Shown here piece after piece: positions 9,276 to 18,686 of a DNA stretch of 64,000 bases. Below the pieces are notes generated by a model. The model did not search any database. It saw only the letters and a program-made list of their open reading frames with translations, and was not told the origin of the DNA. Each line of letters starts with the position of its first letter. The stretch's first letter is position 1. The translations under genes were made by a program, and so were the position numbers. Source of the DNA: an uncultured delta proteobacterium (lineage in GTDB: Bacteria; Myxococcota_A; Polyangia; Palsa-1104); assembly GCA_963785725.1 (NCBI GenBank), contig CAWAWS010000005.1, forward strand, positions 1-64,000, written 5' to 3'.

Positions 9276-11315
9276 ATGAAGCTCAGGACGTTTCAAGTGA
9301 AAGACTTCAGGTCAATCAACGATTCTGGCTCTATCGATGTAGCGGAGCGGACCGCACTCGTTGGGCGCAACGAGAGTGGAAAGACGACACTACTGAAGGT
9401 TTTGTACTCGCTGAACCCCGCCGATCAAGCCCTGCAGGAGTTCACCCCGGCACGTCACTATCCGCGCGATCGGCGACGAAGAGACTTCCGCGATGACATT
9501 GTCATTCTTGAAACAGAGTGGGAACTCTCCGCTGATGAACAGTCAGAAATTGGCAAGCTTTGGCCCCGCGGGCATGTCGCGAAGACCTTCTCTGCAAGCC
9601 GCCCATACAAGCCCGAACGTTACGGATACTTTCCTGACGCGGAGCCATTGGAAGTGTGGGCCAAGGCAATTGCTGCGCAAGGCTATCACCTGGCAATCGT
9701 CGCGGCGAAGGTTGCCTCGAATGTCGAATACGCGCCCCTATCCAAGACGTTCGCAGTAGCCGAGGAGCTTTGCGCGCAACTCAAGGCCGACCTGATCGCG
9801 GGCGACAACCCGACCGCATCCGCCGGACAGGCGAGTGCGGCACTCGCTGCGCTGCGCGCCGCACTTCGGGAGACGCCGTTTGCCGAAGATGCTGAAGGGC
9901 CGCTATCAGAAACCGAAGGGATCGTCTCAAACGCGGCGACTGATCACGCGAACTCTATCGAGGCGATCAGGTGGGCGTACTCGGTGATGCCAAAGTTCGT
10001 TTACCTAGAGGAATTCGATACTGTTCCTGGTCATCATGACATCAATGCGTACCTTGAGCGGGGCGCTGGTAGCGGCGACAGATCTACCAAAGAGGACAGA
10101 CTATTCGCAAAGCTTCTCAAAATCTCCGAACTTGACGCCGCCGAACTAAAGCAGGCGCTCGTAACCAACAACCATGAGGAGCGTAACCTACTCACCAACC
10201 GCGCTGAGAATCAGGTCACTGAAACGCTTCGCCAGTTGTGGAAGGACCGCGATATCCACGTTGAACTTGCGGTCGACGAGAGACACTTCGATGTCGTCGT
10301 CTCGGACGTCGAGACTAGGGCGAAAGTTCCACTCGACGAGCGCAGTCGAGGCTTTCGCTGGTACTTTTCCTTTTTCATCACGTTCGCAGCTGATACGGAC
10401 GGTGGTGACAAGTCCAACGCAATCATCCTGCTCGATGAGCCAGGCTTGTTCCTTCATGCAACCGCGCAGGACAGCTTGCTCCGCTTCTTCGAGCAACTGC
10501 CGAACCAAATAATTTACACCACGCATTCGCCGTTCATGATCAGCGTTAAAGTGCAGAACCTGGGATCCGTCCGCACCGTGAACCTCTCAAAGGGAGAGGG
10601 CACAACGGTGACGAACAACCCGACCGGCGATGCGAATACCCTCTTTCCGCTGCAAGCGGCCTTGGGATACGACCTCACCCAGACCATGTTTGTCGGCAGC
10701 CGAAACGTAATCGTCGAAGGAGTTACGGACTATTGGTACATTTCGTCGGTCGCTGACTATCTGCGCGATGTGTCTCATTGCCCTCTAGAAGAGGGAATAG
10801 TAGTCACGCCCGCCGGGGGAGCTCAGAAGGTCTCATATATGGTCTCGCTGCTCACCGCTCAACGTCTCCAAGTGGCGATAGTGCTCGACACGGAGCCAGA
10901 GGCGGGTCGTACACGAACGGAGCTACTCGCGTCGAAGCTTATTCGCAGCGAGGGTGTTGTGCTCGTCGGCGACGTCTTCCCGGCCGGGAGCCGGAGTGAA
11001 GCAGACATCGAAGATCTCCTCGACGAAGGCGTCTTTATGAGTCTCGTCCACGAAACCTACGTAAAGGAGCTGTCGGGCAAGACTCTTCAACCAAACAGCG
11101 CCATTCCGCGGATCGTCAAGCGCGTAGAGAAGGCATTCGAAGATATTGGTCTCAAGTTTAACAAGACGCGCGTTGCAAGGCTGTTCCTCTCAAAGATGGG
11201 GTCCGAGCCTACGAAGATGTTGGCGAACAACGCCGAGACGCGGTTCGCCGAGTTACTCAAGAGGATGCAGATAGCGGTCGAGAAGGTCTCGAAAGCTGGC
11301 GACCCCTTCAAGTAA
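9276..11315 (+). CDS. OLD-family ATP-dependent nuclease (ABC ATPase + TOPRIM)
   Basis: DFRSI, Walker A VGRNESGKT, signature RSRGF, Walker B LLDEPGLFLH, TTHSPF, TOPRIM IVEGVTD and ADIEDLL; visibly lower GC than the flanks. Confidence 0.85.
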   Translation: MKLRTFQVKDFRSINDSGSIDVAERTALVGRNESGKTTLLKVLYSLNPADQALQEFTPARHYPRDRRRRDFRDDIVILETEWELSADEQSEIGKLWPRGHVAKTFSASRPYKPERYGYFPDAEPLEVWAKAIAAQGYHLAIVAAKVASNVEYAPLSKTFAVAEELCAQLKADLIAGDNPTASAGQASAALAALRAALRETPFAEDAEGPLSETEGIVSNAATDHANSIEAIRWAYSVMPKFVYLEEFDTVPGHHDINAYLERGAGSGDRSTKEDRLFAKLLKISELDAAELKQALVTNNHEERNLLTNRAENQVTETLRQLWKDRDIHVELAVDERHFDVVVSDVETRAKVPLDERSRGFRWYFSFFITFAADTDGGDKSNAIILLDEPGLFLHATAQDSLLRFFEQLPNQIIYTTHSPFMISVKVQNLGSVRTVNLSKGEGTTVTNNPTGDANTLFPLQAALGYDLTQTMFVGSRNVIVEGVTDYWYISSVADYLRDVSHCPLEEGIVVTPAGGAQKVSYMVSLLTAQRLQVAIVLDTEPEAGRTRTELLASKLIRSEGVVLVGDVFPAGSRSEADIEDLLDEGVFMSLVHETYVKELSGKTLQPNSAIPRIVKRVEKAFEDIGLKFNKTRVARLFLSKMGSEPTKMLANNAETRFAELLKRMQIAVEKVSKAGDPFK

Positions 11316-11367
11316 GATGGGGCGGTGCTACGAAGCGAATCGGATCTCAAAAGGCCAAGAGATAACG

Positions 11368-12972
11368 CTATTTCGGCGACCGAGGCCGGCCCCCGCTACC
11401 ACGATATCCTGAGACTCCCGCCGAGCCAGCCTCGGCGGGAGTAGCCGGATCCTCCCGACTCCCCAGCTTCAGCAAGAATCCCCCATCGAAGACGTAACCT
11501 TCCGGCGTCGGCGTTAACACCAACGCTCCGATGTGTCGTCGCAGTAGCTCGCGCGCGGCCGGCGTATCCTTCTCCGGCGTCTCCAATATCGACCGTACCG
11601 CAGCCTTGATTCGCGCCGGATGCGCGATGACCTTCGCCTTTGGTGTCGCCTTGGTGGCCTGGGCTCGCAGCGCGACTAGATCCGCTTCGGCCGATCGAAT
11701 CGAAGCGTCCAGCGTGTCCGTCAAGCCGAGCTTACCGACCGCGTCGTAGAGATGGCGCAGCTTGCGATCGGCGGCCGCGACTTGCTTGCCGATGATGTCT
11801 TCCTCGTCCGCCTTTTGCGCCGTCGCCAGCCGCTCCGAATACAGCGCTGCCAGCTCATCTTCGATGCCGGGCTTACCGAGCACGCGACGAACTTCGAGCA
11901 GCATGCCGTCGCAGGCCTTGCCCTCTGACACCGTCAGGTTGTTGCTGCAGATCGTGGCGCCGCGCGTGTAGTGGCTGGTGCAGCCGTACTGACGGTAGGT
12001 CCTTCCGTTCTTTCGCCGTTGCCCGACGATGGTCATCGAGCCGCCGCACGCGCCGCAGCGAAGTAGGCCTGCACACAACGAATGCCGCTTCGAGTGGGAT
12101 CCGGCCGGACGACCCGGACCCGACTTGCGCGACTTGAAGCGCGCCTGAGCCGCCGCGAAGTCGTCATCCTCGATGATGCGGAGGTCTGGCCTTTCGAGCG
12201 TGATCCATTTTTCCGGCGCGTTGGGCAGATTGCGACGCTTGCCGGTCGTCCGATCCTTCAGCCACGTCGACTTGTTCCACGTGACCTTGCCGATGTAACG
12301 ATCGTTCAGCAGCATGGCGCGGATCGTCGACGGCACCCAGCCGCGGTTGCCTTTGTGGCCGTTGCCGCCGTCGTGAGGCGCGGGGATCCGCTCGTCGTTC
12401 AAGGAGATCGCGATGGCCTTGAAGGACTGGCCCTCGATCCACATGCGAAAGATGCGACGAACGAGCGCGGCCTCGTCGGCCTTGATGAAGATCTCCGAGC
12501 GCGGATGCTCGGGGTCGCTGGGATTCGCCTCCTTCCGCGTGTCGTAACCAAACGTGCGGCCGCCGGTCGCGAACCCGGTCAGCGCGCGACCTTCCATGCC
12601 GCGGTGGGTCTCGGTGCGAACCATCTCTAGAAACGAATCGTTCATCAGGGCGGTGACGCCGAACGTCAGCCGCGCGCCCATCTCGTCCGACGATCGCCCC
12701 GTCGTGCAGTCGACTACCTTGACCTTGACCGATGGTAAGTCCTCGAAGATGAGCCGCCACGCGGTTCCGAGATCGCGCGCGAGCCGCGACTGGTCGTCGA
12801 CGAGCACGGCGCGAAAAGGACTGCCGCCCCTCCGCCGTGCGTCGCCCAGCATGCGTTGAAGGTCGGCGCGAACGGCATGCGCGCCGCTCATCGCTTTGTC
12901 CTCGTAGACGCCGACGACGTCATAGCCCTCGAGCTCGGCGTGACGACGGCAGCGACGGACCTGATCTTCGGC
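11368..12972 (-). pseudogene. Large serine recombinase lacking its catalytic N-terminus
   Basis: EDQVRRCR..YEDKAMSG..DDQSRLAR resolvase domain, GGRTFGY recombinase domain, LLRCGACGGSM..YGC zinc ribbon, coiled coil; the YxRxS nucleophile motif is missing. Confidence 0.85.
11386..11401 (+). other. tRNA-fMet 3'-end fragment, putative att core
   Basis: CCGGCCCCCGCTACCA matches the 3' end of bacterial initiator tRNA. The T-loop (GGTTCAAAT) is absent upstream. It lies antisense inside the recombinase 3' end. Confidence 0.6.
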
Positions 12973-13400
12973 ACCAATCGCCTTCACCGATGCGAACGGC
13001 GGCCCATTGTCGGACTGGATGGCCGTGGGCAGCCCGTACGCCTCGAAGAGCTCTTCGAAGACGCGCTTGACCTCCTCGGTGCGCGTCTTTTCGACAATCT
13101 TCAGCGCCAGCACCATGCGGCTATGTGCGTCGCGTATCGTCAATGGGTCGCAGCGTCGACGGTCGGCCGTGTACCACCAGCCCTTGAAGTCGACAGTCCA
13201 CAGATCATTCCGACCTTCGACGGCGCAGCTCGGCGCGTGCGCCGGCAGTCCCTTGGACCGTGCCCAATAGCGCCGCTTCTTCGTCAGCGCAGCCCGATCG
13301 AGCACGCGGGCAATGGTCCTCGACGACGGCAGCCCTTCGCCAGCGAGCTGCTTCGCGATCAACGCTTGCAGCTTGCGCGCGCCCCACGTCGGGCAGGCGG
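12973..13400 (-). mobile_element. IS481/IS3-type DDE transposase internal fragment fused in frame to the recombinase
   Basis: PTWGARKL, NDLWTVDFKG, LTIRDAHSR, YGLPTAIQSDNGPPF; the third catalytic residue (E) and both ends are missing. Confidence 0.85.
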
Positions 13401-13493
13401 CGCTGCTGCCGGCAAGGCGGGACTCGCTCAAGTCCACGCGCACGATGAGCTTGCCGAGCGCGCCGAGGACCGCGTCACCAGCGGCGCCGGGGC

Positions 13494-13702
13494 TCAGGCC
13501 TCGTCGATCTCCAACCGAATCTCTCCGCCATCGAGATACCGCCGCACCTCTTCGCGAGCCGCGATCGGGTCGTCGTCCATTCGCGCGTCCAGTTCGAGTA
13601 GTCGATCCATGACCTCCTCGGGATCGGCAACCGGACCGGCCGCATCGCCGCTTCGTTGAGCGCTGCGATCTCTCGTTGCTCGGTCGCCCTATGCGCCTCC
13701 AT
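13494..13702 (-). pseudogene. C-terminal remnant of a second large serine recombinase
   Basis: Across a frameshift it reads EQREIAALNEAAMRPV..PEEVMDRLLELDARMDDDPIAAREEVRRYLDGGEIRLE, which parallels DTPAARELLRRHIGALVL of the neighbouring recombinase. Confidence 0.5.
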
Positions 13703-13783
13703 GGCCCGGAGCGGGTGCGTGATCGCGTCTGACCGCTCGCTCGAGGCTAAGACGCACTATTATCGTGTACGGTCGAGCGTCGA

Positions 13784-15184
13784 ATGAGAAGAACGCAACC
13801 GCTTCCGCCGGGTCCAGCGGAGAGCGCCTGGCTGCAGGTGTGGCGCTACTTTCGCGACCCGAACGCGTTCTTCGCGCAGTGCCAGCGCGACTATGGCGAT
13901 GCCTTTACGATGCGCTATCCGGGAAACCCAGCATTGGTGGTCTTCAGCCACCCGACGGCGGTGAAAGAGATTCTCACCTCCGATCCCGACGATCTGCGCG
14001 CCGGCGAAGCCAACGTCATCTTGCGCAACGTCGTCGGCGACGATTCGCTGTTCGTGCTCGACGGTGCTCGTCACGACCACCACCGTCGCGCGATGACACC
14101 GCTCTTTCACGGCGACCGGCTGCGCGCCCACGCAGCGCCCATGACGAAGGCCGCGGCGCAGGCGGTGCACGCGCTGCCGCGTAATGTTCCCTTTCGTGCT
14201 CAGCCGTGGCTCGAGTCGACGACGCTCGACATGATCGTGGGTGCGCTCTTCGCAGATAGCCCCAAGCGCGTGTTGGAGCAACTGCGTCACGCGATCCTGA
14301 AGTTTACGCAACTCGCAACGAGCCCGATGGGAACGCTCGCAGCCATGCTGGTCCCGGTCGAAGCGGTGCGGCAAATGACACGCCTTATTCGCACGCGCAT
14401 TCAGCTCGGCGGCCGCACGATGACGCCGTTCGCGCTATTGCCGGGCGGTCGCCTGGTCCGTGCGCAGCGCGCGCAACGCCAGCTCGTGCTCGACGAGCTG
14501 GCGCGCCGGCGGCGGGCGGCGACGCCGGCTAACGGCGACATCGTCTCGCTGCTCATGGCGGCGCCTGACGATCGAGGGCAGCTGCCGTCCGACGAGCAGC
14601 TGCACGATCACATCCTCACGCTTATTCTCGCCGGCAATGAAACCAGCGCCACGACGCTCGCGTGGGCCGTGCACCACCTCAGCGAGTACGCCGATCTTCA
14701 GTCCGAGCTGCGTGCCGAGCTCGCGTCGTCGCGCGGCGATCTGAACGCCTGCGCGCGATTGGATGCCGTCCTCAAAGAAACACTGCGTCTGACGCCCGTC
14801 GTCCCGATCATCCCGCGTCGTCTGGCGCGCTCGCGTTCAATCGGTGGTTACAGCTTACCGGCCGGCACCGTCGTCGCCGTCGCGCCGTTTCTCACGCAGC
14901 ACCGGGACGATATCTGGACGAATCCCAGGCGCTTCGATCCAACGCGCTTCATCGATACGCGAATCGATTCTTATCATTTCTTTCCATTCGGCGGCGGCGC
15001 GCGACGTTGCCTCGGTATGACATTTTCGCTCTACCAAATGAAGACTGTCTTGGCGGAAATGGTCCGCTGTACGTGCTGGCGCAAGGCCAACAGCGACAGC
15101 GGCGGCGAAAAGCGGCGCGGTGTTCTCGTCTCGCCTTCGCGAGGCGTACCCATCATCGCCGTCGACGTAGCGAGGCTTCACTGA
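13784..15184 (+). CDS. Cytochrome P450
   Basis: AGNETS (I-helix), ETLR (ExxR), FDPTRF, FFPFGGGARRCLG heme-thiolate motif. Confidence 0.95.
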   Translation: MRRTQPLPPGPAESAWLQVWRYFRDPNAFFAQCQRDYGDAFTMRYPGNPALVVFSHPTAVKEILTSDPDDLRAGEANVILRNVVGDDSLFVLDGARHDHHRRAMTPLFHGDRLRAHAAPMTKAAAQAVHALPRNVPFRAQPWLESTTLDMIVGALFADSPKRVLEQLRHAILKFTQLATSPMGTLAAMLVPVEAVRQMTRLIRTRIQLGGRTMTPFALLPGGRLVRAQRAQRQLVLDELARRRRAATPANGDIVSLLMAAPDDRGQLPSDEQLHDHILTLILAGNETSATTLAWAVHHLSEYADLQSELRAELASSRGDLNACARLDAVLKETLRLTPVVPIIPRRLARSRSIGGYSLPAGTVVAVAPFLTQHRDDIWTNPRRFDPTRFIDTRIDSYHFFPFGGGARRCLGMTFSLYQMKTVLAEMVRCTCWRKANSDSGGEKRRGVLVSPSRGVPIIAVDVARLH

Positions 15185-15714
15185 CGCGCGAGGCGCGCCG
15201 ACTCGGCGCCGTGCGCATCGGGCCGATAGTGCAAGCGCATCATCAGCAGCCAACCGAGGACGGCGCTCGCGAGGTGAATTAAGTGATTCTTCCACGCCAC
15301 CTCGCCCGACAAGAGTCCGGTGAGCCCCAGGCCGAAGACGTGCGTCGCCTTTTCGAGTTCGATCAGTGAGCAGAGCAGCAGCAATGAGCCGACGCAGAAG
15401 AGCCGCGTACGCCATGCTAGCCAGGAGCGATCTGCCGTCCGCAGCCCGCCGGCACGAATGAGATTGAGATAGAAGGCGACGGATATTCCGCAAGGCACGG
15501 CCAGCAGCTTGAAGAGCTGGACATCGATGTTCGCCGCAACGCTTCCGTCGGATGCCGTGCGTACGACATAGCGCAGCCAACTGTGGCGAAGCGCGTCGAC
15601 CCAATTGGGATTCACGTCGGTGAGATAGTCGCTGCCCAGCCGCGCCAACCCCACGATTCCCATGAATCCGGCGATGAAGAAGCTCGAGCGGGAGATGCTC
15701 GTCTCGTCAGCCAT
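15178..15714 (-). CDS. Hypothetical membrane protein (about 4 TM)
   Basis: Hydrophobic segments; start overlaps the UbiA stop. Confidence 0.65.
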   Translation of the reverse strand: MADETSISRSSFFIAGFMGIVGLARLGSDYLTDVNPNWVDALRHSWLRYVVRTASDGSVAANIDVQLFKLLAVPCGISVAFYLNLIRAGGLRTADRSWLAWRTRLFCVGSLLLLCSLIELEKATHVFGLGLTGLLSGEVAWKNHLIHLASAVLGWLLMMRLHYRPDAHGAESARLARQ

Positions 15715-16636
15715 GCGATAGCCAGACGAGCTTATCGGCCAGCAGAATGAGATTGAGTACTAGATAGACGCGAATATAGCCAACATGAAGACGCGTCGCG
15801 ATCGACTTTTCGTACGCGGACCGGAGCCTGACGATCCAGGTGCCCGCGCGCAAGAGCCACAGCAGAAGCAAGACTGTTCCGGCGATGCGCGATACCAGGT
15901 GCATCTCGCCACGCCACCAAAAGAGGGTGACGAGGAAGAGACTGCCGAGGGTCGACGCCAATAGCGAATAGACGGCCGCGCGCGCCGTGCCCAAGACCAC
16001 CACCGACGTCCGCTTGCCGGCGGCGCGATCGTTGTCCCAATCGCGGATGTCCTTGGCCAGCGTTTCGCCTATCGCATAGAAGAAGCCGACACCGGCCAGA
16101 TATACGAATGCCGCAGTCGTGAACCAGTGTCCCGTAAAGAGGGCGACGGTCGCGTAACACAAGAGGCCGAGCGTGGGCCAGACGAATTGTGAAGTCCACG
16201 GCCGTCCACTCAATCGAAACGGCGGAACGCTGTACGCAACGCCCAACGCAATAGCCGTGAGGAAGACGAGCGCCGCGCGGATGGACGCGAACGACATCAT
16301 CAATGGCGCGGCCGTCAGGAGGAGCACGACTTGAACGACGGCGGCGCGCGGCGAGACGAGACCGGCCACGATGGGACGCGTGTTGCGATCGGCTTCCGTG
16401 CTGGAGCGATCAGTCTCGACGTCGCACAGGTCGTTGAGCGTGCTGACACCGGAATCGGCCAGCACGATGCCGATCAGAAAAGCAAGCAGGCGATACGGCG
16501 AAGGCGACGTAGGATGCAAAAGCAAGATGAGCACGCTGGCCGGCAGTAGATCGAACCACAGCCACGCGTAAGGTCGCATCAGTGCGATATGTCCCCAAAT
16601 GCGAGCCGATCGCGAATGGGTGATCGTCTCGTACAT
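15707..16636 (-). CDS. UbiA-family prenyltransferase
   Basis: LMRP, NDLCDVETD, RPIVAG, YSVPPFRL, KDIRDWDND; multiple TM helices. Confidence 0.92.
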   Translation of the reverse strand: MYETITHSRSARIWGHIALMRPYAWLWFDLLPASVLILLLHPTSPSPYRLLAFLIGIVLADSGVSTLNDLCDVETDRSSTEADRNTRPIVAGLVSPRAAVVQVVLLLTAAPLMMSFASIRAALVFLTAIALGVAYSVPPFRLSGRPWTSQFVWPTLGLLCYATVALFTGHWFTTAAFVYLAGVGFFYAIGETLAKDIRDWDNDRAAGKRTSVVVLGTARAAVYSLLASTLGSLFLVTLFWWRGEMHLVSRIAGTVLLLLWLLRAGTWIVRLRSAYEKSIATRLHVGYIRVYLVLNLILLADKLVWLSHG

Positions 16637-16658
16637 TGGCTCCCCCGCCTTTTCGCCG

Positions 16659-17285
16659 CTACGATAGCCGATCGATACGAGTGAGGACAGCTTCGTATTC
16701 GGGGACGACCAGGTCGGGCTCAGCCGACCACGCTCGTTCGATAGGCGGGCCGAGCAGCGTGCCCAACACCGCCGTCGCCAGGCCCGCGATCAGGTCGATT
16801 CCATAGTGATAGCGCAGGTAGACGGTGGAGACGAAAAGGACGAGCGCGATTGGCAAGTAGATGACAAAAAACCGACGCGCGCGGCGCCAGGCGAAGATCA
16901 GCACGCACATCGTGGCCGCCGTGTGCAGCGACGGAAAGCAGTCGCGCGCCGAGCCGTGCAAGTCGTCGAGCACGCGGATGAGCTGTTGGCTTGCTACGCT
17001 GCCCGGCAACTGCCGTGGAAACAGCGCCGACTGGTAAATATAGGGACCCACTGCGGGCACGAGCCAATAGCCGACGTAGCCGAGCGTAATCACGCAGGAG
17101 ATAGAGACGACGTAGTCGCGAAAATGTCCGCGGTCGCGCTTCCAATAGAGGACCGCCGCTAAGACGCCGGGCGCGAAGAAGAACGAAAGATAGCAAAGCA
17201 GCATGACACCGGTAAGCGTGGGTGTGGCGAATTGTCCGATCCATGACGACAGGTCTACGCCGAACAGTCGATGGTTCGCGCGCAG
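16659..17285 (-). CDS. PAP2/AUR1-like phosphatase or phosphotransferase, probably 5'-truncated
   Basis: PAVGP, RDCFPSLH, STVYLRYHYGID. Family-like text continues in frame upstream of ATG 17204 (HRLFGVDLSSWIG) with no evident start. Confidence 0.8.
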   Translation of the reverse strand: MRANHRLFGVDLSSWIGQFATPTLTGVMLLCYLSFFFAPGVLAAVLYWKRDRGHFRDYVVSISCVITLGYVGYWLVPAVGPYIYQSALFPRQLPGSVASQQLIRVLDDLHGSARDCFPSLHTAATMCVLIFAWRRARRFFVIYLPIALVLFVSTVYLRYHYGIDLIAGLATAVLGTLLGPPIERAWSAEPDLVVPEYEAVLTRIDRLS

Positions 17286-17318
17286 TCCAGCGCGGTCGTG
17301 CGTGGTATTCTGCCGTGG

Positions 17319-17660
17319 ATGGCAATTCCGTCCCGGCGCAGAGGTTTTCGCTCGCTAGAGCACGACGGCGTGAGCTATCGCTGGCGGATGCAGGCGGGCG
17401 TTGACGACAGCCGCATTGTGCTCTACGGCGAAAGCTCCTCGAGCGCCGGCCTCGAGATTCAGCTCCCAGGCTGGCGCAACGAATGGGTGACCTTCCCAGA
17501 CCCCGTCGAGAATCGACCCCAGCGCATCGGACCGGCATTCGTGCTCGCCGCACTGCAAGCCGCGCTCGGATTTGGCTATCGTCCGGTACCGCATGGACGC
17601 CCCTTCAAAATTGTCTTCCATGAAGGCCGCTTCTTACGCCGCGGCGGCGGCACTCACTAG
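17319..17660 (+). CDS. Conserved hypothetical protein
   Basis: GFRSLEHDGVSYRW...IGPAFVLAALQAALGFGYRP pattern familiar from small myxobacterial/actinobacterial proteins. Confidence 0.6.
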   Translation: MAIPSRRRGFRSLEHDGVSYRWRMQAGVDDSRIVLYGESSSSAGLEIQLPGWRNEWVTFPDPVENRPQRIGPAFVLAALQAALGFGYRPVPHGRPFKIVFHEGRFLRRGGGTH

Positions 17661-17819
17661 CGCTGTCGTACAGCGGATCCCTGCAACTCGATGTAGCCAG
17701 AGGTCGAGAGGCCTTGCGCCGGAGGGTTACGGCTATGGTGTCAATGCGTCCTGGGCCGGACGGTTACCGTCGCCAACGCGCGGCCATCGATGCTCACGGC
17801 GCGTGAATCGCCCAGCGGC

Positions 17820-18160
17820 GTCGCCGGCATGACGAACAGCGCCTGATGCAAGCGCTTGGAGAGCAGGCAGTAGCCGTTGGTGTCCTACCACAACACCCGT
17901 GCCTGCGTGGACCGCTTGTTAAGGAAGACGAACAGAGCGCCCGAGCGCGGGTCTTTGCCTAGAATCTGCGTCGTCGCCAGCGCGAGCCCATTGAAGGAGC
18001 GCCGCATGTCCTGCGGCTCGGTGCAGACGAAGATGCGGACCGACGCGGGCAGCATCAGCGGACCACCGCCAGCACGCGACGCGGAGTCTCGGCGTCGAAG
18101 CGTACGGGAACGCGAGTGCAGAAGCCGCTCGGAGCCACGACCAACCTGGCCGTGAGCTGC
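17820..18160 (-). mobile_element. IS66 remnant (tnpA 3' end + tnpB with premature stop)
   Basis: RVPVRFDAETPRRVLAVV, TGATG overlap, then MLPASVRIFVCTEPQDMRRSFNGL..DPRSGALFVFLNKR..VLW*DTNGYCLLSKRL; no tnpC. Confidence 0.85.
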
Positions 18161-18686
18161 GCTTCGCCGCCGTTGGGCGCGGAAGTGGGGCGGCCGATGC
18201 AGGCAGGTGCAGACGCGATGACAGACGTGATCGCCACGGCGGCCGACATCGGCTCGCTCGGCGGCAGCTATTCGCCGCCGACGCATGCAGCGCTGGGTTC
18301 CGCGACCGCGCAGATCTTCTTTGGCCCGAACGGCGCTGCCGACGCGATGTGCTCAAAAGTCGTGGGTACCGTCGAGGACGACTCCGCGGTGGCGCCTCGT
18401 CGTACCGAGTCAGCTCTCGTCGCCAACGTAGGCTCGTCTGCGAAAAAGGCGACACTGAGCGCAGTCGCCGATGACGACAGCCGAGGATGACAGCCGAGGA
18501 TGACAGCGTACGCCGCGGAGAAATGTCGGGCATCTGCTCGCACGCGCAGCCAACCGCCGCCATCAGCGCCGCCGACCGCCATCGGCGTTCGATGCCTTCA
18601 ATGAAGGTTAAATGACAAACTATTTATTCGCGTTCGTTTTTGAATTGGGTTTCAAGTGATATTATAAGGCGAAGCGAGGTCCGAAC

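Larger units (their letters stand above)
1..11401. mobile_element. Phage-satellite/PICI-like integrated element (left end outside window)
   Basis: Co-oriented minus-strand run: DUF3102-like, HTH, hypotheticals, primase, helicase, iteron cluster, small ORFs. Opposite-strand nuclease cargo. tRNA 3' fragment at right edge. No capsid, terminase or conjugation genes seen. Confidence 0.7.

Noticed and set aside
9276..11315. Gabija, PARIS or retron system
   Set aside because: No UvrD helicase, separate partner gene or reverse transcriptase adjacent
11340..11401. Intact tRNA gene
   Set aside because: Only the last 16 nt match; no T-loop, anticodon arm or D-arm upstream
18476..18507. 13-bp tandem repeat GACAGCCGAGGAT (about 2.5 copies)
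   Set aside because: Isolated slippage-type duplication beside an IS66 remnant; no evident function
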